Positions 27,202 through 36,669 of a stretch of DNA of 64,000 nt are shown piece after piece. The translations under genes were made by a program, and so were the position numbers. Each line of letters starts with the position of its first letter. Within the stretch, counting starts at the first letter, position 1. Where the stretch lies: the NCBI GenBank assembly GCA_046340895.1, contig JBKDSQ010000058.1, positions 25,095 to 89,094 of the forward strand, written 5' to 3'. The notes under the pieces were generated by a model. It saw only the letters and a program-made list of their open reading frames with translations, was not told the DNA's origin and did not search any database. Source of the DNA: Synechococcaceae cyanobacterium (GTDB lineage Bacteria > Cyanobacteriota > Cyanobacteriia > PCC-6307 > Cyanobiaceae).

Positions 27202-29274
27202 TCACATGGCAGCTGCCACCCCCTCCCCCGCCTCAACCACCACCGCCATCCCACCCCTGCTCTCCTCACCCTCTTCCCCCTCCACCACCCCATCCCCCTC
27301 CGGATGGAAATACTCCCAAACCTGCCGCGCCAGCGCCGGCCCCATCCCGGGCGCCTGGGCGAGGGTTTCAGGGCTGGCCAGCTGAATCGCATCGATCGAG
27401 CGGAAGTGGGCCAGCAGGTCGCGCACGCGCTTGGGGCCCAGGCCGGGGATGTCGCTGAGGCGGGAGCGCTTCATGCGCTCGCCCCGCTGCTGGCGGTGGA
27501 AGCTCACCGCGAAGCGGTGCGCCTCATCGCGCAAGCGGCGCAGCAGCGCCACGCCCAGTTGGTCGGGGTCGCTTTCCAGCGGTTGCTTGGCGCCGGGCAC
27601 GAACACCTCCTCGCGTTGCTTGGCCAGCGAGCACACCACCAGATCGCCGGCCAGGTTCAGCTCGCGCAGGGCCTCCATCACCGCCGACAGCTGGCCCTTG
27701 CCGCCGTCGATCATCACCACATCCGGCCAGTCGCCCATGCCGTCGGTGGCCAGGGCCGTGGCGCTGCGTTTGCGCAGCTCCCCCAGATCCGCTCCCTCCG
27801 CCTTCGCCTGCGCCCAGCGCCGGAACCGCCGCCGGATCACCTCCGCCATCGCCATAAAGTCATCAGAATGGCCGGCGCGGATGCTGCTGCTGCGGATCTT
27901 GTACTTGCGGTAGTGCTGCTTCGCCGGCAACCCATCCACAAACACCACCTGCGACGCCACCGCATCGCTGCCCTGGATGTGGCTGATGTCATACCCCTCG
28001 ATTCGCCGCGGCGGCTCATTCAGCTCCAGCAGCTGGGCCAGGTCTTCAATCGCCAGCTGGTTTTGCTCGCTCGCCCGCTGGGCCCGCTGCAGCTCATAGC
28101 CGGCGTTGCGCTCCACCAGCTCGATCAGTTCCGCCTTCTGCTGCCGCTGCGGCACCGCCAGCTTCACCTTGCGGCCCCGCAATTCCGCCAGCCACGCCTC
28201 GATCAGCCCCTGCTGCGGCAGCGCCTCCTGCAACAACAGCTCCGGCGGGATCTCCACCGCCTCCACCTGGCCGTAGTGCTCCTCGATCACCCGCTGCAAA
28301 ATCAGCCCCGGCGGCAGCGGCTCCTGATCCGGCCCCAGCGCATCCGCCGTGAACCCCAGCCGGCCCACCAACTTTCCAGCCCGCATCTGGAACAGCTGCA
28401 CCGCCGCCACCCGGCCATCACTGGCCAGCCCCAGCACATCGCGGCTCACCGAGCTGTCGCCCAGGCTCATCTTCTGATCCGCCGTGAGCGTGTCGAGCCC
28501 CTGGATCTGGTCGCGCACCCGTGCCGCCGCCTCGAAATCCAGCCGCTCCGCCAGCCGCGCCATCTGCTCCTGCAGCAGCCGCATCAACTCCTCATTCCTT
28601 CCCTGGAACACCATCGCCACCTTGCGCAGCGTGCGGTGGTAATCCTCCGAGCTGATCTTCTGCTGGCACACGCCCGGGCAGCGGCCGATGTCGTAATTCA
28701 GGCAGGGGCGGTCGCGGTGCAGCGGTTGCGGGCGCTGGCGCAGCGGAAACACCCGCTTCACCAGCGACAACGTGCGCCGCAGCAGGCCCACATCCACATA
28801 CGGCCCATAAAACCGATCCAGCGGGCTGCGCAGCCGCCGCCGCCGCGTGATGAAGATCCTTGGATAGGCCTCGCTCCAGGTGATGCACAGATACGGGTAT
28901 TTCTTGTCGTCTTTCAGCAGCACGTTGAAATGCGGCTGGTGCGCTTTGATCAGATTTGATTCCAGCGCCAGCGCTTCGGCTTCGCTATCGGTAACAATAA
29001 ACTCGATCTCGCATACCTGGCGCACCATCAGGCGGATGCGCGGGCTATGGCCGTGGCCCGAGCCGCTCTGGAAATAGCTGCGCACCCGGTTGCGCAGCAC
29101 CTTCGCTTTACCGATATAGAGAATGCGGTCGTCGCCGTCGCGAAACAGGTAACAGCCCGGCTCCACCGGCAGGTTCTGCAGCCGCTCCTTCAGCCGCAGC
29201 GGCCGCTGCAGCAGCGGCCCCGCCCCAGGCTCACGCGACGCCGCGATCCCCTCGGTCACCGTCGCCTCGCTCAC
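27202..29274 (-). CDS. uvrC: Excinuclease ABC subunit C
   Basis: 690 aa. GIY-YIG N-terminus ([24 protein letters not shown]), UVR domain, endonuclease V-like region and a C-terminal HhH. GTG start overlaps the stop of the next gene (GTGA). Confidence 0.95.
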   Translation of the reverse strand: MSEATVTEGIAASREPGAGPLLQRPLRLKERLQNLPVEPGCYLFRDGDDRILYIGKAKVLRNRVRSYFQSGSGHGHSPRIRLMVRQVCEIEFIVTDSEAEALALESNLIKAHQPHFNVLLKDDKKYPYLCITWSEAYPRIFITRRRRLRSPLDRFYGPYVDVGLLRRTLSLVKRVFPLRQRPQPLHRDRPCLNYDIGRCPGVCQQKISSEDYHRTLRKVAMVFQGRNEELMRLLQEQMARLAERLDFEAAARVRDQIQGLDTLTADQKMSLGDSSVSRDVLGLASDGRVAAVQLFQMRAGKLVGRLGFTADALGPDQEPLPPGLILQRVIEEHYGQVEAVEIPPELLLQEALPQQGLIEAWLAELRGRKVKLAVPQRQQKAELIELVERNAGYELQRAQRASEQNQLAIEDLAQLLELNEPPRRIEGYDISHIQGSDAVASQVVFVDGLPAKQHYRKYKIRSSSIRAGHSDDFMAMAEVIRRRFRRWAQAKAEGADLGELRKRSATALATDGMGDWPDVVMIDGGKGQLSAVMEALRELNLAGDLVVCSLAKQREEVFVPGAKQPLESDPDQLGVALLRRLRDEAHRFAVSFHRQQRGERMKRSRLSDIPGLGPKRVRDLLAHFRSIDAIQLASPETLAQAPGMGPALARQVWEYFHPEGDGVVEGEEGEESRGGMAVVVEAGEGVAAAM

Positions 29275-29762
29275 CCCCCGTACTGCCAGCCCGTGCCGGC
29301 CAGCTCCAGCGCCTCGCCATCGCGGTGCAGCACCGCGTTCTTCACCTCACCCACAAACACGGTGTGGTCGCCAGCGGCCACCTGCCCCACCAGCTCGCAC
29401 TCCACCGCCCCCAACCCTCCCTCCAGGATCGGCAGGCCCAGCTCGCCCAGCTGGTACGGCGCCGCGTCAAAACGGCCGCCGATCGCCTTCTGCGGCTTGA
29501 AGAACACCGCCGCCAGGTCCTTCTGGTCGGCGCTGAGCACATTCAGCGAGAAGCGGCCGGTGCGCTGGAGGATGCCGTTGCTGGTGGAATCGCTCCGCAC
29601 CGCCATCACCACCAGCGGCGGCTCGAACGACCCCTGCGTCACCCAGCTGGCCGTGAAGCCGTTCACCTCGCCGTTCTCCGCCACACCGCAGATGAACACG
29701 CCGTGGGGGATCTTGCGCAGCAGGGTTTTCTTGGCGGCAGCAGCGGCGTCGGCAAGGGCCAT
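29271..29762 (-). CDS. Flavin reductase-like (DIM6/NTAB family) protein
   Basis: ATG at 29760-29762. The [32 protein letters not shown] and [10 protein letters not shown] blocks are typical of the flavin reductase domain. Confidence 0.85.
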   Translation of the reverse strand: MALADAAAAAKKTLLRKIPHGVFICGVAENGEVNGFTASWVTQGSFEPPLVVMAVRSDSTSNGILQRTGRFSLNVLSADQKDLAAVFFKPQKAIGGRFDAAPYQLGELGLPILEGGLGAVECELVGQVAAGDHTVFVGEVKNAVLHRDGEALELAGTGWQYGG

Positions 29763-29835
29763 GGGGCAGGCACACAGGGCAGAGCACGACTGTAGGCAGC
29801 GATGCCCAGGGGCAGCGCCCCCATAGGCTGGCCCC

Positions 29836-30327
29836 ATGCGCGCCCTCTACCCCGGCAGCTTCGATCCGCTCACCCTCGGCCACCTCGACCTGATCGAGCG
29901 GGCCGCCCGCCTCTTCGACGGCCTGGTGGTGGCGGTGCTGCGCAACCCGGCCAAGCAGCCCGCCTTCCCGCTGGAGCGCCGCCTCGAGCAGATCCGCGCC
30001 GCCACCGCCCACCTGCCGGCCGTGCAGGTGGACAGCTTCGATGGCCTCACCGTGGCCTTCGCCCGCTCCTGCGGCGCCAACGTGATCCTGCGCGGCCTGC
30101 GCGCCCTGAGCGACTTCGAGTTCGAGCTGCAGATCGCCCACACCAACAAGTCCCTCGCCCCCGACCTCGAGACCCTCTTCCTCGCCACCGCCGTGCACCA
30201 CAGCTTTCTCAGTAGCTCGGTGGTGAAGGAAGTGGCCCGCGTCGGCGGCGATGTGGGCCATCTCGTGCCGCCGGTGGTGGCGGCCGACCTCGGGAGGCTC
30301 TTTAATCGTGCATCCCCTCCCGCCTGA
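29836..30327 (+). CDS. coaD: Phosphopantetheine adenylyltransferase
   Basis: 163 aa. [23 protein letters not shown] is the canonical CoaD N-terminus, and ISSSVVKE-like motifs are present. Confidence 0.95.
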   Translation: MRALYPGSFDPLTLGHLDLIERAARLFDGLVVAVLRNPAKQPAFPLERRLEQIRAATAHLPAVQVDSFDGLTVAFARSCGANVILRGLRALSDFEFELQIAHTNKSLAPDLETLFLATAVHHSFLSSSVVKEVARVGGDVGHLVPPVVAADLGRLFNRASPPA

Positions 30328-30328
30328 C

Positions 30329-31267
30329 ATGTCCGAGGTCCGCATCACCGTCCTCGAGCAGCTCGACCAGCTCGAAGACATCGTGCTCGAGGGCAGCAAG
30401 ATCCCCTTCAGCGGTGGTCGCCTGGTGAACGAGCAGGACGCCATCGAGATGATGGATGCCCTGCGCGAGGCCCTGCCGCTCCAGATCACCCAGGCCGACG
30501 AGCTGATCCGCCAGCGCGAGGGCTTCATCGAGAAGGCCCGCCAGCAGGCCGAGGAGATCGTGGCCCAGGCCCGGCGCGAGCGCGAGCAGCTGATCAGCGC
30601 CGCCGCCATCCGCCAGGAGGCCGAGCGCCAGGTGGCCGAACTGCGCGACCAGGCCCGCCAGCAGTGCGAACAGATGCTCCTGCAGACCCGCCAGCAGGTG
30701 GCCCAGACCGAGCAGGAGCACCAGAGCCGCATGGCCCAGATGGAGCAGCAGTACGCCAGCCGCCGCCAGCAGCTCGAGCAGGAGGCGCAGAACCGCCGCC
30801 AGCAGCTGGAGCAGGAAGCCGCCGAGCGCAACCGTCAGCTGGTGGAACAGCACGAGCGTGCCCGCCAGCAAGCGATGCAGGAACTGGAAACCATCCGCCA
30901 GGAGGGCCTGCGCATCCAGCGGGAAAGCCAATCGGAGGCGGAGCGGCTGCACAGCGATGCGCTCCAGTTCGGCAAGCAGACCCAGCAGCAGTGCGAGGCC
31001 CTGGTGGCCCGCACCCGCCAGGAGGCATCCACCATCCAGGAGGGCGCCAACCGCTACGCCGAACAGGTGCTAGGCGAACTGGAGGTGCGGCTCAAGGAGC
31101 TCAGCCAGGTGGTGCTCGGCGGCCGCCAGGAGCTGGGCCGGCTGCAGGGCACCGATCTGTCTGCCCCGCGGCCCGTGGCCAGCAGCGAGGCCGCCCCTGC
31201 CCCCTCCGCCGCCCGCCGCGCCACCAGCAAGTTGCGGCGCGCCGTGGGTCGGGGGCTGGCCAGCTGA
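30329..31267 (+). CDS. Gln/Glu/Arg-rich coiled-coil protein
   Basis: ATG at 30329, two nt after the coaD stop. Long heptad-like QQ/EE/RR-rich sequence with an internal duplication (RRQQLEQEA twice). The 454-aa antisense ORF 29467-30831 is its shadow. Confidence 0.65.
   Translation: MSEVRITVLEQLDQLEDIVLEGSKIPFSGGRLVNEQDAIEMMDALREALPLQITQADELIRQREGFIEKARQQAEEIVAQARREREQLISAAAIRQEAERQVAELRDQARQQCEQMLLQTRQQVAQTEQEHQSRMAQMEQQYASRRQQLEQEAQNRRQQLEQEAAERNRQLVEQHERARQQAMQELETIRQEGLRIQRESQSEAERLHSDALQFGKQTQQQCEALVARTRQEASTIQEGANRYAEQVLGELEVRLKELSQVVLGGRQELGRLQGTDLSAPRPVASSEAAPAPSAARRATSKLRRAVGRGLAS
30761..30820 (+). repeat. In-frame tandem duplication (27-nt unit, 33-nt period) inside the coiled-coil gene
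   Basis: cgccgccagcagctcgagcaggaggcg at 30761-30787 and cgccgccagcagctggagcaggaagcc at 30794-30820. Confidence 0.8.
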
Positions 31268-32647
31268 GTACGGCAGGGCGCCAAGGCTGTCTCTGGCTCC
31301 GCCGCACAGCCCCACGTTCTGCACCTGCCGCAGGATGGCCCCGATCGTTTGGTTCGGGGCGCCGGCACCGTTGGCGATCGCGCTCACGAAGCGCACGCCA
31401 TCACCGGTCTGCAGCACGCCACTGATCGCCCGCACACCCGTGAGCGTGCCGGTCTTGGCGAACAGATTGCCATCCAGCGACGTGCCCCGATACAGGTTGC
31501 GCAAGGTGCCGCGCCGCCCCGCCACCGACATCGAGGCCACGTAGTTGCGGGCGTAGGGGTGCTGGTTCATCCGCAGCAGCAGCGCCGTCAGGAAGCGGCT
31601 GGTCAGGCGGTTGGAGCGATCCAGACCGCTGCCGTCGGCGATGCGCACACCCTCCATCGGCAGGCCCTGGCGGCTCAGCCACAGGGTTTCCTGCCGCGCC
31701 GCCTCGGGCAGATCCCAGGTGCCCGCGGCGCTGCGCAGCAGTACCTCGGCGGTGAAGTTATGGCTTTCGGTGTTCGCCAGGCTCAGCAGCCCGTGCATGT
31801 CGATCGAGGGCTCCTCGTGGATCAGCACCGCATCGGCCCCGAGCGGGGCGGTCGCCGGCACCATCACCAGCTGCGCCTGGCCGCCCTCGCGGGCCATCGT
31901 TTTCGCCAGCAGCGTGCGCAGCCGCGACGGCGGATTCATCACCGCCTCATTGATCACATTGCTGGTGATCGCCAGCCGCGTGACCGGCGCGCCGTAGGCG
32001 GCGCTGCGGTCGGCCCAGTGCCAGCCCTGCGGCCACCAGTTGCCCGAGGCCTCCTCGGCCAGCTCCAGCCGCACCGGCCCCGGCGCCGCCGCCGGGCCGC
32101 CACCGGACTGCAGCGCCAGGCGGGCAAAGCGCTGCAGCTGCGGCAGCGCCAGGTCGGGATCGCCGGAACCCACCAGCCGGAAGCGGCCGTCCGGCAGGCG
32201 CCAGAGCTGGGTGGACAGCCGGAAATCAGGGCCCAGTCGATCCAGCGCGAAGGCGGTGCTCAGCAGCTTCTGGTTCGACGCGGGCACGCGCGGGCGGGTG
32301 CCGTTGACATCGGCGAGCAGCCTGCCGCCGGTGTCGGCCACCGTGATGCTCCAGGCCGAGGATTCGCCGGACACCAGCGACAGCACCCGCTGCTGCAGCG
32401 ACGGGCAACTCACCTGCGCCTGCAGCATCGGCGCGCCCGTGGGCGGCGGCAGGGCGGGCAGGCTGACGGCGCTCAGCGGCGCCAGGCCGGTGTTCGGCGG
32501 CAGGGCCGGGTGGGCGCTGGTGGCCCCATCGCGGGCCAGGACCGCCGCGGGCAGGGACAGCGCCGACAGGCCCAGGGAGCCGGCCAGGGCCAGGGGCACC
32601 AGCCGCGCCGGACGCGCCGACGCCGGAATCAGGGAGTTCGGCATCAT
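31070..32647 (-). CDS. dacB: D-alanyl-D-alanine carboxypeptidase/endopeptidase (PBP4, peptidase S13)
   Basis: Signal peptide, and the SNQK (SxxK), SHNF (SxN) and KTGT motifs in the right order. The last roughly 65 aa are Gly/Ala-rich and overlap the convergent coiled-coil gene. Confidence 0.85.
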   Translation of the reverse strand: MMPNSLIPASARPARLVPLALAGSLGLSALSLPAAVLARDGATSAHPALPPNTGLAPLSAVSLPALPPPTGAPMLQAQVSCPSLQQRVLSLVSGESSAWSITVADTGGRLLADVNGTRPRVPASNQKLLSTAFALDRLGPDFRLSTQLWRLPDGRFRLVGSGDPDLALPQLQRFARLALQSGGGPAAAPGPVRLELAEEASGNWWPQGWHWADRSAAYGAPVTRLAITSNVINEAVMNPPSRLRTLLAKTMAREGGQAQLVMVPATAPLGADAVLIHEEPSIDMHGLLSLANTESHNFTAEVLLRSAAGTWDLPEAARQETLWLSRQGLPMEGVRIADGSGLDRSNRLTSRFLTALLLRMNQHPYARNYVASMSVAGRRGTLRNLYRGTSLDGNLFAKTGTLTGVRAISGVLQTGDGVRFVSAIANGAGAPNQTIGAILRQVQNVGLCGGARDSLGALPYSAGQPPTHGAPQLAGGAAGGGGGRGGLAAGHGPRGRQIGALQPAQLLAAAEHHLAELLEPHLQFA

Positions 32648-33168
32648 CAGGACGCCCCGAGGCGCAGATCGGTCACGGTGCCGTTGAAGCGGTAGTTGCT
32701 CCCCTCCAGCTCCACCGGCGCGCCGATTTTGAGGGTGGTGTTGCCCAGCACCACCCCGCCCTCGGCGCGGCGGCCCTCGCCGCTGAGCACGTAGCGGCCG
32801 TCAAAGGTGCCGAAGGTCCTCTGGTTCGGATCGGGGGCGCTCACCAGCCGGCCATCCGGCGTGAGGATCGAGAGGCGCCGTTGCAGCGGGATGATCCGCT
32901 CGATCGTCACCGAGCCGTGGGGCTGGTTGCGGATCACGAATTTCACCTTCCCCTCCTTCTCGATGCTGGCGAGCATCGCCGCCGGATCCGCCACCGGCTC
33001 GCCCCTCACGTCCACGGTCACGGTGATCGGCTGCACGTCGCCGGTGGCGCGGGCCACCGCGTTGCTGAGCTTGGGGCTCCAGACCACGCCCGCCAACGCG
33101 AGCAGGACGGCGGCGCCGGCTCCAAGGTCCACAAGGGTCCAGGAGCGGGTGGGGGAGTCGCTGGCCAT
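32647..33168 (-). CDS. DUF4330-like membrane-anchored protein
   Basis: 173 aa. N-terminal TM (LVDLGAGAAVLLALAGVVW) followed by a beta-rich region. Resembles the cyanobacterial DUF4330 family as I recall it. Confidence 0.65.
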   Translation of the reverse strand: MASDSPTRSWTLVDLGAGAAVLLALAGVVWSPKLSNAVARATGDVQPITVTVDVRGEPVADPAAMLASIEKEGKVKFVIRNQPHGSVTIERIIPLQRRLSILTPDGRLVSAPDPNQRTFGTFDGRYVLSGEGRRAEGGVVLGNTTLKIGAPVELEGSNYRFNGTVTDLRLGAS

Positions 33169-33223
33169 GGGAAACCGAGAGTGGGCGAAGTGTACGCAGA
33201 CCCAGCCGGCCGCACCAGCGGTC

Positions 33224-33901
33224 TCAGCGCTGCAACCCCTCGATCAGCTGGCCCAGCGAGCGCAGGCCGGCCGCAGCGCCCCCCTGGCCGAGGGCTTCGG
33301 CCTGCTGCTCCCCATCCGGCTTCTGCTCGAAGCTGGCCACCGCGCGAAAGCCGTCCGGGTCGAGCCGGTACAGCTCCCAGGGATCGGGGAAGGCGCGGCG
33401 CAGGGCGCTGTCGGCCTGGGGCAGCAGCGCATAGGCCGCCTGCCACTGCGAGAGGAAGCCGCGGCGACGGGAGCGGGCGACGCTGCCGATGCCCACGCCC
33501 GCATCCTCCAGGGCCGGATTGAGCAGCACCACCGGCCCGCGATGCCGCCCGCACAGGGCCTCCACCGTTTCGTACTCCGCCTGGCTGGGGGCCACGAGCA
33601 ACAGCAGGCCCTCGCTGCCAGCTTCCCCCTGGCGGCGGAGATGGTCGGCGACGCTGGCCACGCCGGCGGCCAGGTCGGGGGCATCGCGGCGGGCCAGGGC
33701 GGCGGCGCCGGCATCGGGCAACAGCAGGCTGGTGTCGCCGCGCTCGGCCAGGGCGGCCGCCAGCCGCAGGGCCACCGGCAGCAGCCGCAGGCCTTCGAAA
33801 CGCAGTTCCACGGTCCAGCGGCCCGTGGGCTCGGCCGCCAGCGCGGCCTTCAGGGCGCTGAGGAGCTGGGCCTCGGCGGTGCGGAGATCGGCCGGCAGCA
33901 T
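33224..33901 (-). CDS. DUF1995-like protein
   Basis: ATG at 33899-33901 (the ORF is open to TTG 33919). The LLLPDAGAAALA and VVLLNPALED blocks resemble the cyanobacterial/plastid DUF1995 family. Confidence 0.65.
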   Translation of the reverse strand: MLPADLRTAEAQLLSALKAALAAEPTGRWTVELRFEGLRLLPVALRLAAALAERGDTSLLLPDAGAAALARRDAPDLAAGVASVADHLRRQGEAGSEGLLLLVAPSQAEYETVEALCGRHRGPVVLLNPALEDAGVGIGSVARSRRRGFLSQWQAAYALLPQADSALRRAFPDPWELYRLDPDGFRAVASFEQKPDGEQQAEALGQGGAAAGLRSLGQLIEGLQR

Positions 33902-33950
33902 GGCCCGGAGCAGACGCAAGAGATGGCCGCGACCTTACCCCTGCCGCCCC

Positions 33951-35144
33951 TCAGCCGACGGGTTCGCCGGCCATCACCCGCTGGCGGGCCCGCTCCAGCG
34001 CCGCCGGCACCCCCTCCAGTTCGGCGGCCGTGAGCCAATGGCCGAGGCTCAGGCGCAGGCCGGTGGCGGCTTCGTGTTCGTCGTAGCCCATCGCCAGCAG
34101 GATCGGGCTGGGGGCCAGGCCGTAGGGATTGGCGCCCCGGCCGCTGCTGCAGGCCGAGCCGCTGCTCACGGCGTAGCGCTGCTGCCACATCGTCTGCACC
34201 AGGCGGCGCCCGGACAGGGGCCGGCCGCTGGGGGTGGCCATCAACAGGCTGATGTGGTGCGGCAGGCGCGCCTCCGGCTCGGCGGGATCGGGGCCGGACA
34301 GGCGCACCCCCGGCAGGGCCAGAAGCTGGGCGAGCAGGCTGTCGCGCAGCTCCCCGATCGGGTCGATGCCGCCGTTCAGCCGCAGCCGGTCGTCGGCCAG
34401 CTCGAGGGCGCGGGCGAAGCCGGCCGCCAGGGCCACCGGCTCGGTGCCGCCGCGCCGGCCGCCCTCCTGGCCGCCACCGCCGATCAGCGGCGTGAGCCGC
34501 AGGCCGTTGCGCACCAGCAGCGCGCCGATGCCCCGCGGCCCCTGCAGCTTGTGGGAGGCGCAGCTGAGCAGATCCACCGGCAGGGTGGCGAACTCCACCG
34601 GCAGGTGGCCGGCCACCTGCACCGCATCCACGTGCAGCAGCACCCCGGCCGCACGACACAGGGCGCCGATCGTGGCCACGGGCTGGATCGTGCCCACCTC
34701 GCTCTGGCCCCAGATCAGCGACATCAGCCGGGTGGGCGGCTCCAGCAGGCGCTGGAGGCTGTCGAGGTCGATCACGCCACTGCGGTCGACCGGCAGCTTG
34801 CGCACCTCCCAGCCCCGCAGCCGCAGCATCTCGGCGGCGGCGACCGTGGCCGGATGCTCCACCGCCGAGATCAGCAGCCGGCCGGGCTCCATGCCGCCGG
34901 CGGCCCCGAGCAGCGCCGTGTGGATCGCCTCGCTGCCGCCTGAAACGAGCAGCACCTCCGTGGCCTCGGCGCCGAGCACCCGGGCGATCGTGTGGCGGCT
35001 GCGCTCCAGCCGCTCGGCCGCCGCCACGCCGAAGCCGTGGGTGCTGGAGGGGTTGGCCCAGGCCTCGTCATTGGCGGCGGCCATCGCCGCCAGCACCTCC
35101 GCGGCCGGGGGTGTGGTGGCGCAGGCGTCGAGGTAGATCGCCAT
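33951..35144 (-). CDS. Cysteine desulfurase (class V aminotransferase, NifS/IscS-like)
   Basis: MAIYLDACATTP N-terminus, SHKLQGPRGIGAL (PLP lysine) and SSGSACSSG (active-site Cys loop). Confidence 0.9.
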   Translation of the reverse strand: MAIYLDACATTPPAAEVLAAMAAANDEAWANPSSTHGFGVAAAERLERSRHTIARVLGAEATEVLLVSGGSEAIHTALLGAAGGMEPGRLLISAVEHPATVAAAEMLRLRGWEVRKLPVDRSGVIDLDSLQRLLEPPTRLMSLIWGQSEVGTIQPVATIGALCRAAGVLLHVDAVQVAGHLPVEFATLPVDLLSCASHKLQGPRGIGALLVRNGLRLTPLIGGGGQEGGRRGGTEPVALAAGFARALELADDRLRLNGGIDPIGELRDSLLAQLLALPGVRLSGPDPAEPEARLPHHISLLMATPSGRPLSGRRLVQTMWQQRYAVSSGSACSSGRGANPYGLAPSPILLAMGYDEHEAATGLRLSLGHWLTAAELEGVPAALERARQRVMAGEPVG

Positions 35145-35150
35145 CTCAGC

Positions 35151-36314
35151 TCAGGTCTCCGGGGTGCCCAGGTCGCGCAGGATCCGCTCGCGGCTCCGCG
35201 ACTCGGCGGTGCTGGCGGCGATCTGCACCAGTTCGTCGAGGGAGCGGCTGCCGAGCAGCTCCTCCACCCTGGCACGCGCCTCCGCGCTCGGGCAGGCGTC
35301 GGGCCGCACGCAGCCCTCCACGCACACGACCGAGCAGTCGATCGCCGCCACCACCGCCGCCGCAGGGCCCGCCAGCGCCGGATCCGCCCCGGTCGGCGGC
35401 GCCGCCTGCCTCGCCTCCGGCTCCGGATCCAGGTCCGGCTCCGCCAGGAGGCCCTCCAGCAGCGAAGGCGCCACCACCGCATCAAACACAGGCTCCGCCG
35501 GGCCCGTCATCAGCACCGGCTGACCCGGGCCATCCCAGCGGATCTCCAGCGGGCCGCCCGGCAGATCCACCCGGGCGCGGCTCTCGCACAACCCGAGCCG
35601 ATGGCAGGCCACCAGCGTGGCGCAGGCGCCGGTGCCGCAGGCCAGCGTCGGCCCCGCGCCCCGCTCCCACACCCGCATCGCCAGGTGGTCGGGGGCGAGC
35701 ACCTGCACGAAATGAACGTTGGTGCGCGCCGGGAACGCGGGGTGGCTTTCCAGCGCCGGCCCCAACCGCTCCAGATCCACCGCCGCCAGATCCGCCACCG
35801 GGATCACCACATGCGGGTTGCCCATGCCCGCGGCCGCCACCGCGAGCCGCTCGCCCGCCACCTCCAGCTCGCCCTGGGGCAGCCCGGCCTCCCCCACCGC
35901 CAGGGTGGTGGGCACCGCAGCCGGCTCCAGGAACGGCGCCCCCATGTCGACCCGGATCCGGCCATCGGCCATCAGCTCGGGCACGATCCGCCCCGCCAGC
36001 GTCTCCACCTGCCACACGCGCCCGGGCAGGTCGCCGTCGCTGTCGGCCAGGAACCGGGCCAGGCAGCGGATGCCGTTGCCGCACATCTCCGGCTCGCTGC
36101 CATCGGCGTTGAAGATGCGCATGCGCAGCTCGCCGTCGCCCTCGGGCGGCACGGCCACGATCACGCCATCGCCGCCCACGCCGAAGCGGCGATCACACAG
36201 CCGCTGCACCGCCTCAGGGGTCAGACCGAAACAGGGGTCGCCATTCTGCGGCGCGCGACCATCGAGGATCAGAAAGTCGTTGCCCAGACCTTGATATTTG
36301 CTGAAAGGGAGCAC
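35151..36314 (-). CDS. dapF: Diaminopimelate epimerase with about 106-aa C-terminal extension
   Basis: GTG at 36312-36314 gives (M)LPFSKYQGLGNDFLILD. Both catalytic Cys motifs are present (CGNGIRC, ACGTGACA). The core of about 281 aa runs in frame into a Cys-rich tail. Confidence 0.9.
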   Translation of the reverse strand: MLPFSKYQGLGNDFLILDGRAPQNGDPCFGLTPEAVQRLCDRRFGVGGDGVIVAVPPEGDGELRMRIFNADGSEPEMCGNGIRCLARFLADSDGDLPGRVWQVETLAGRIVPELMADGRIRVDMGAPFLEPAAVPTTLAVGEAGLPQGELEVAGERLAVAAAGMGNPHVVIPVADLAAVDLERLGPALESHPAFPARTNVHFVQVLAPDHLAMRVWERGAGPTLACGTGACATLVACHRLGLCESRARVDLPGGPLEIRWDGPGQPVLMTGPAEPVFDAVVAPSLLEGLLAEPDLDPEPEARQAAPPTGADPALAGPAAAVVAAIDCSVVCVEGCVRPDACPSAEARARVEELLGSRSLDELVQIAASTAESRSRERILRDLGTPET

Positions 36315-36344
36315 CGCTCTAACCTGGCTTGACCGCCCGATCCT

Positions 36345-36584
36345 ATGCAGAGTTACTTCGAGCGCCGTGGCCCCAGGCTCGATACCAGCCTGCCAAGTGT
36401 GCGGCATGTGCGAGAGCTGATCCGCAACCGCACCATGGTCAGCATCCTGATGGTGGGCGGGCACGAACTGGAAGGCACGATCAAATGGCAGGACAACCAG
36501 TTCCTCGCCCTGCGCCAGGACACCAGCCTGCCCCTGGTGCTGATCAATCGCGACGCAATCGCGGTGCTGCGGGCCCTGATCTGA
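36345..36584 (+). CDS. hfq: Cyanobacterial Hfq-like Sm protein
   Basis: 79 aa. LPSVRHVRELIRNRTMVSILMVGGHELEGTIKWQDNQFLAL closely parallels the Synechocystis Ssr3341-type Hfq (LPSVRQVQ...G.I.WQD). Divergent from dapF, as is typical in cyanobacteria. Confidence 0.8.
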   Translation: MQSYFERRGPRLDTSLPSVRHVRELIRNRTMVSILMVGGHELEGTIKWQDNQFLALRQDTSLPLVLINRDAIAVLRALI

Positions 36585-36669
36585 ACACCATCTGAACACC
36601 GCCGCCTGAACCAGCCGATCGGAGCGCTGTGGCACCATCGCCCCAGGCCCCGCGGCAGAAAACGACCCT

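Noticed and set aside
29467-30831. 454-aa minus-strand ORF rich in Cys/Ser/Trp
   Set aside because: It is antisense to coaD and the coiled-coil gene. Its repetitive CSS/WRR sequence mirrors the QQ/EE repeats of the sense gene.
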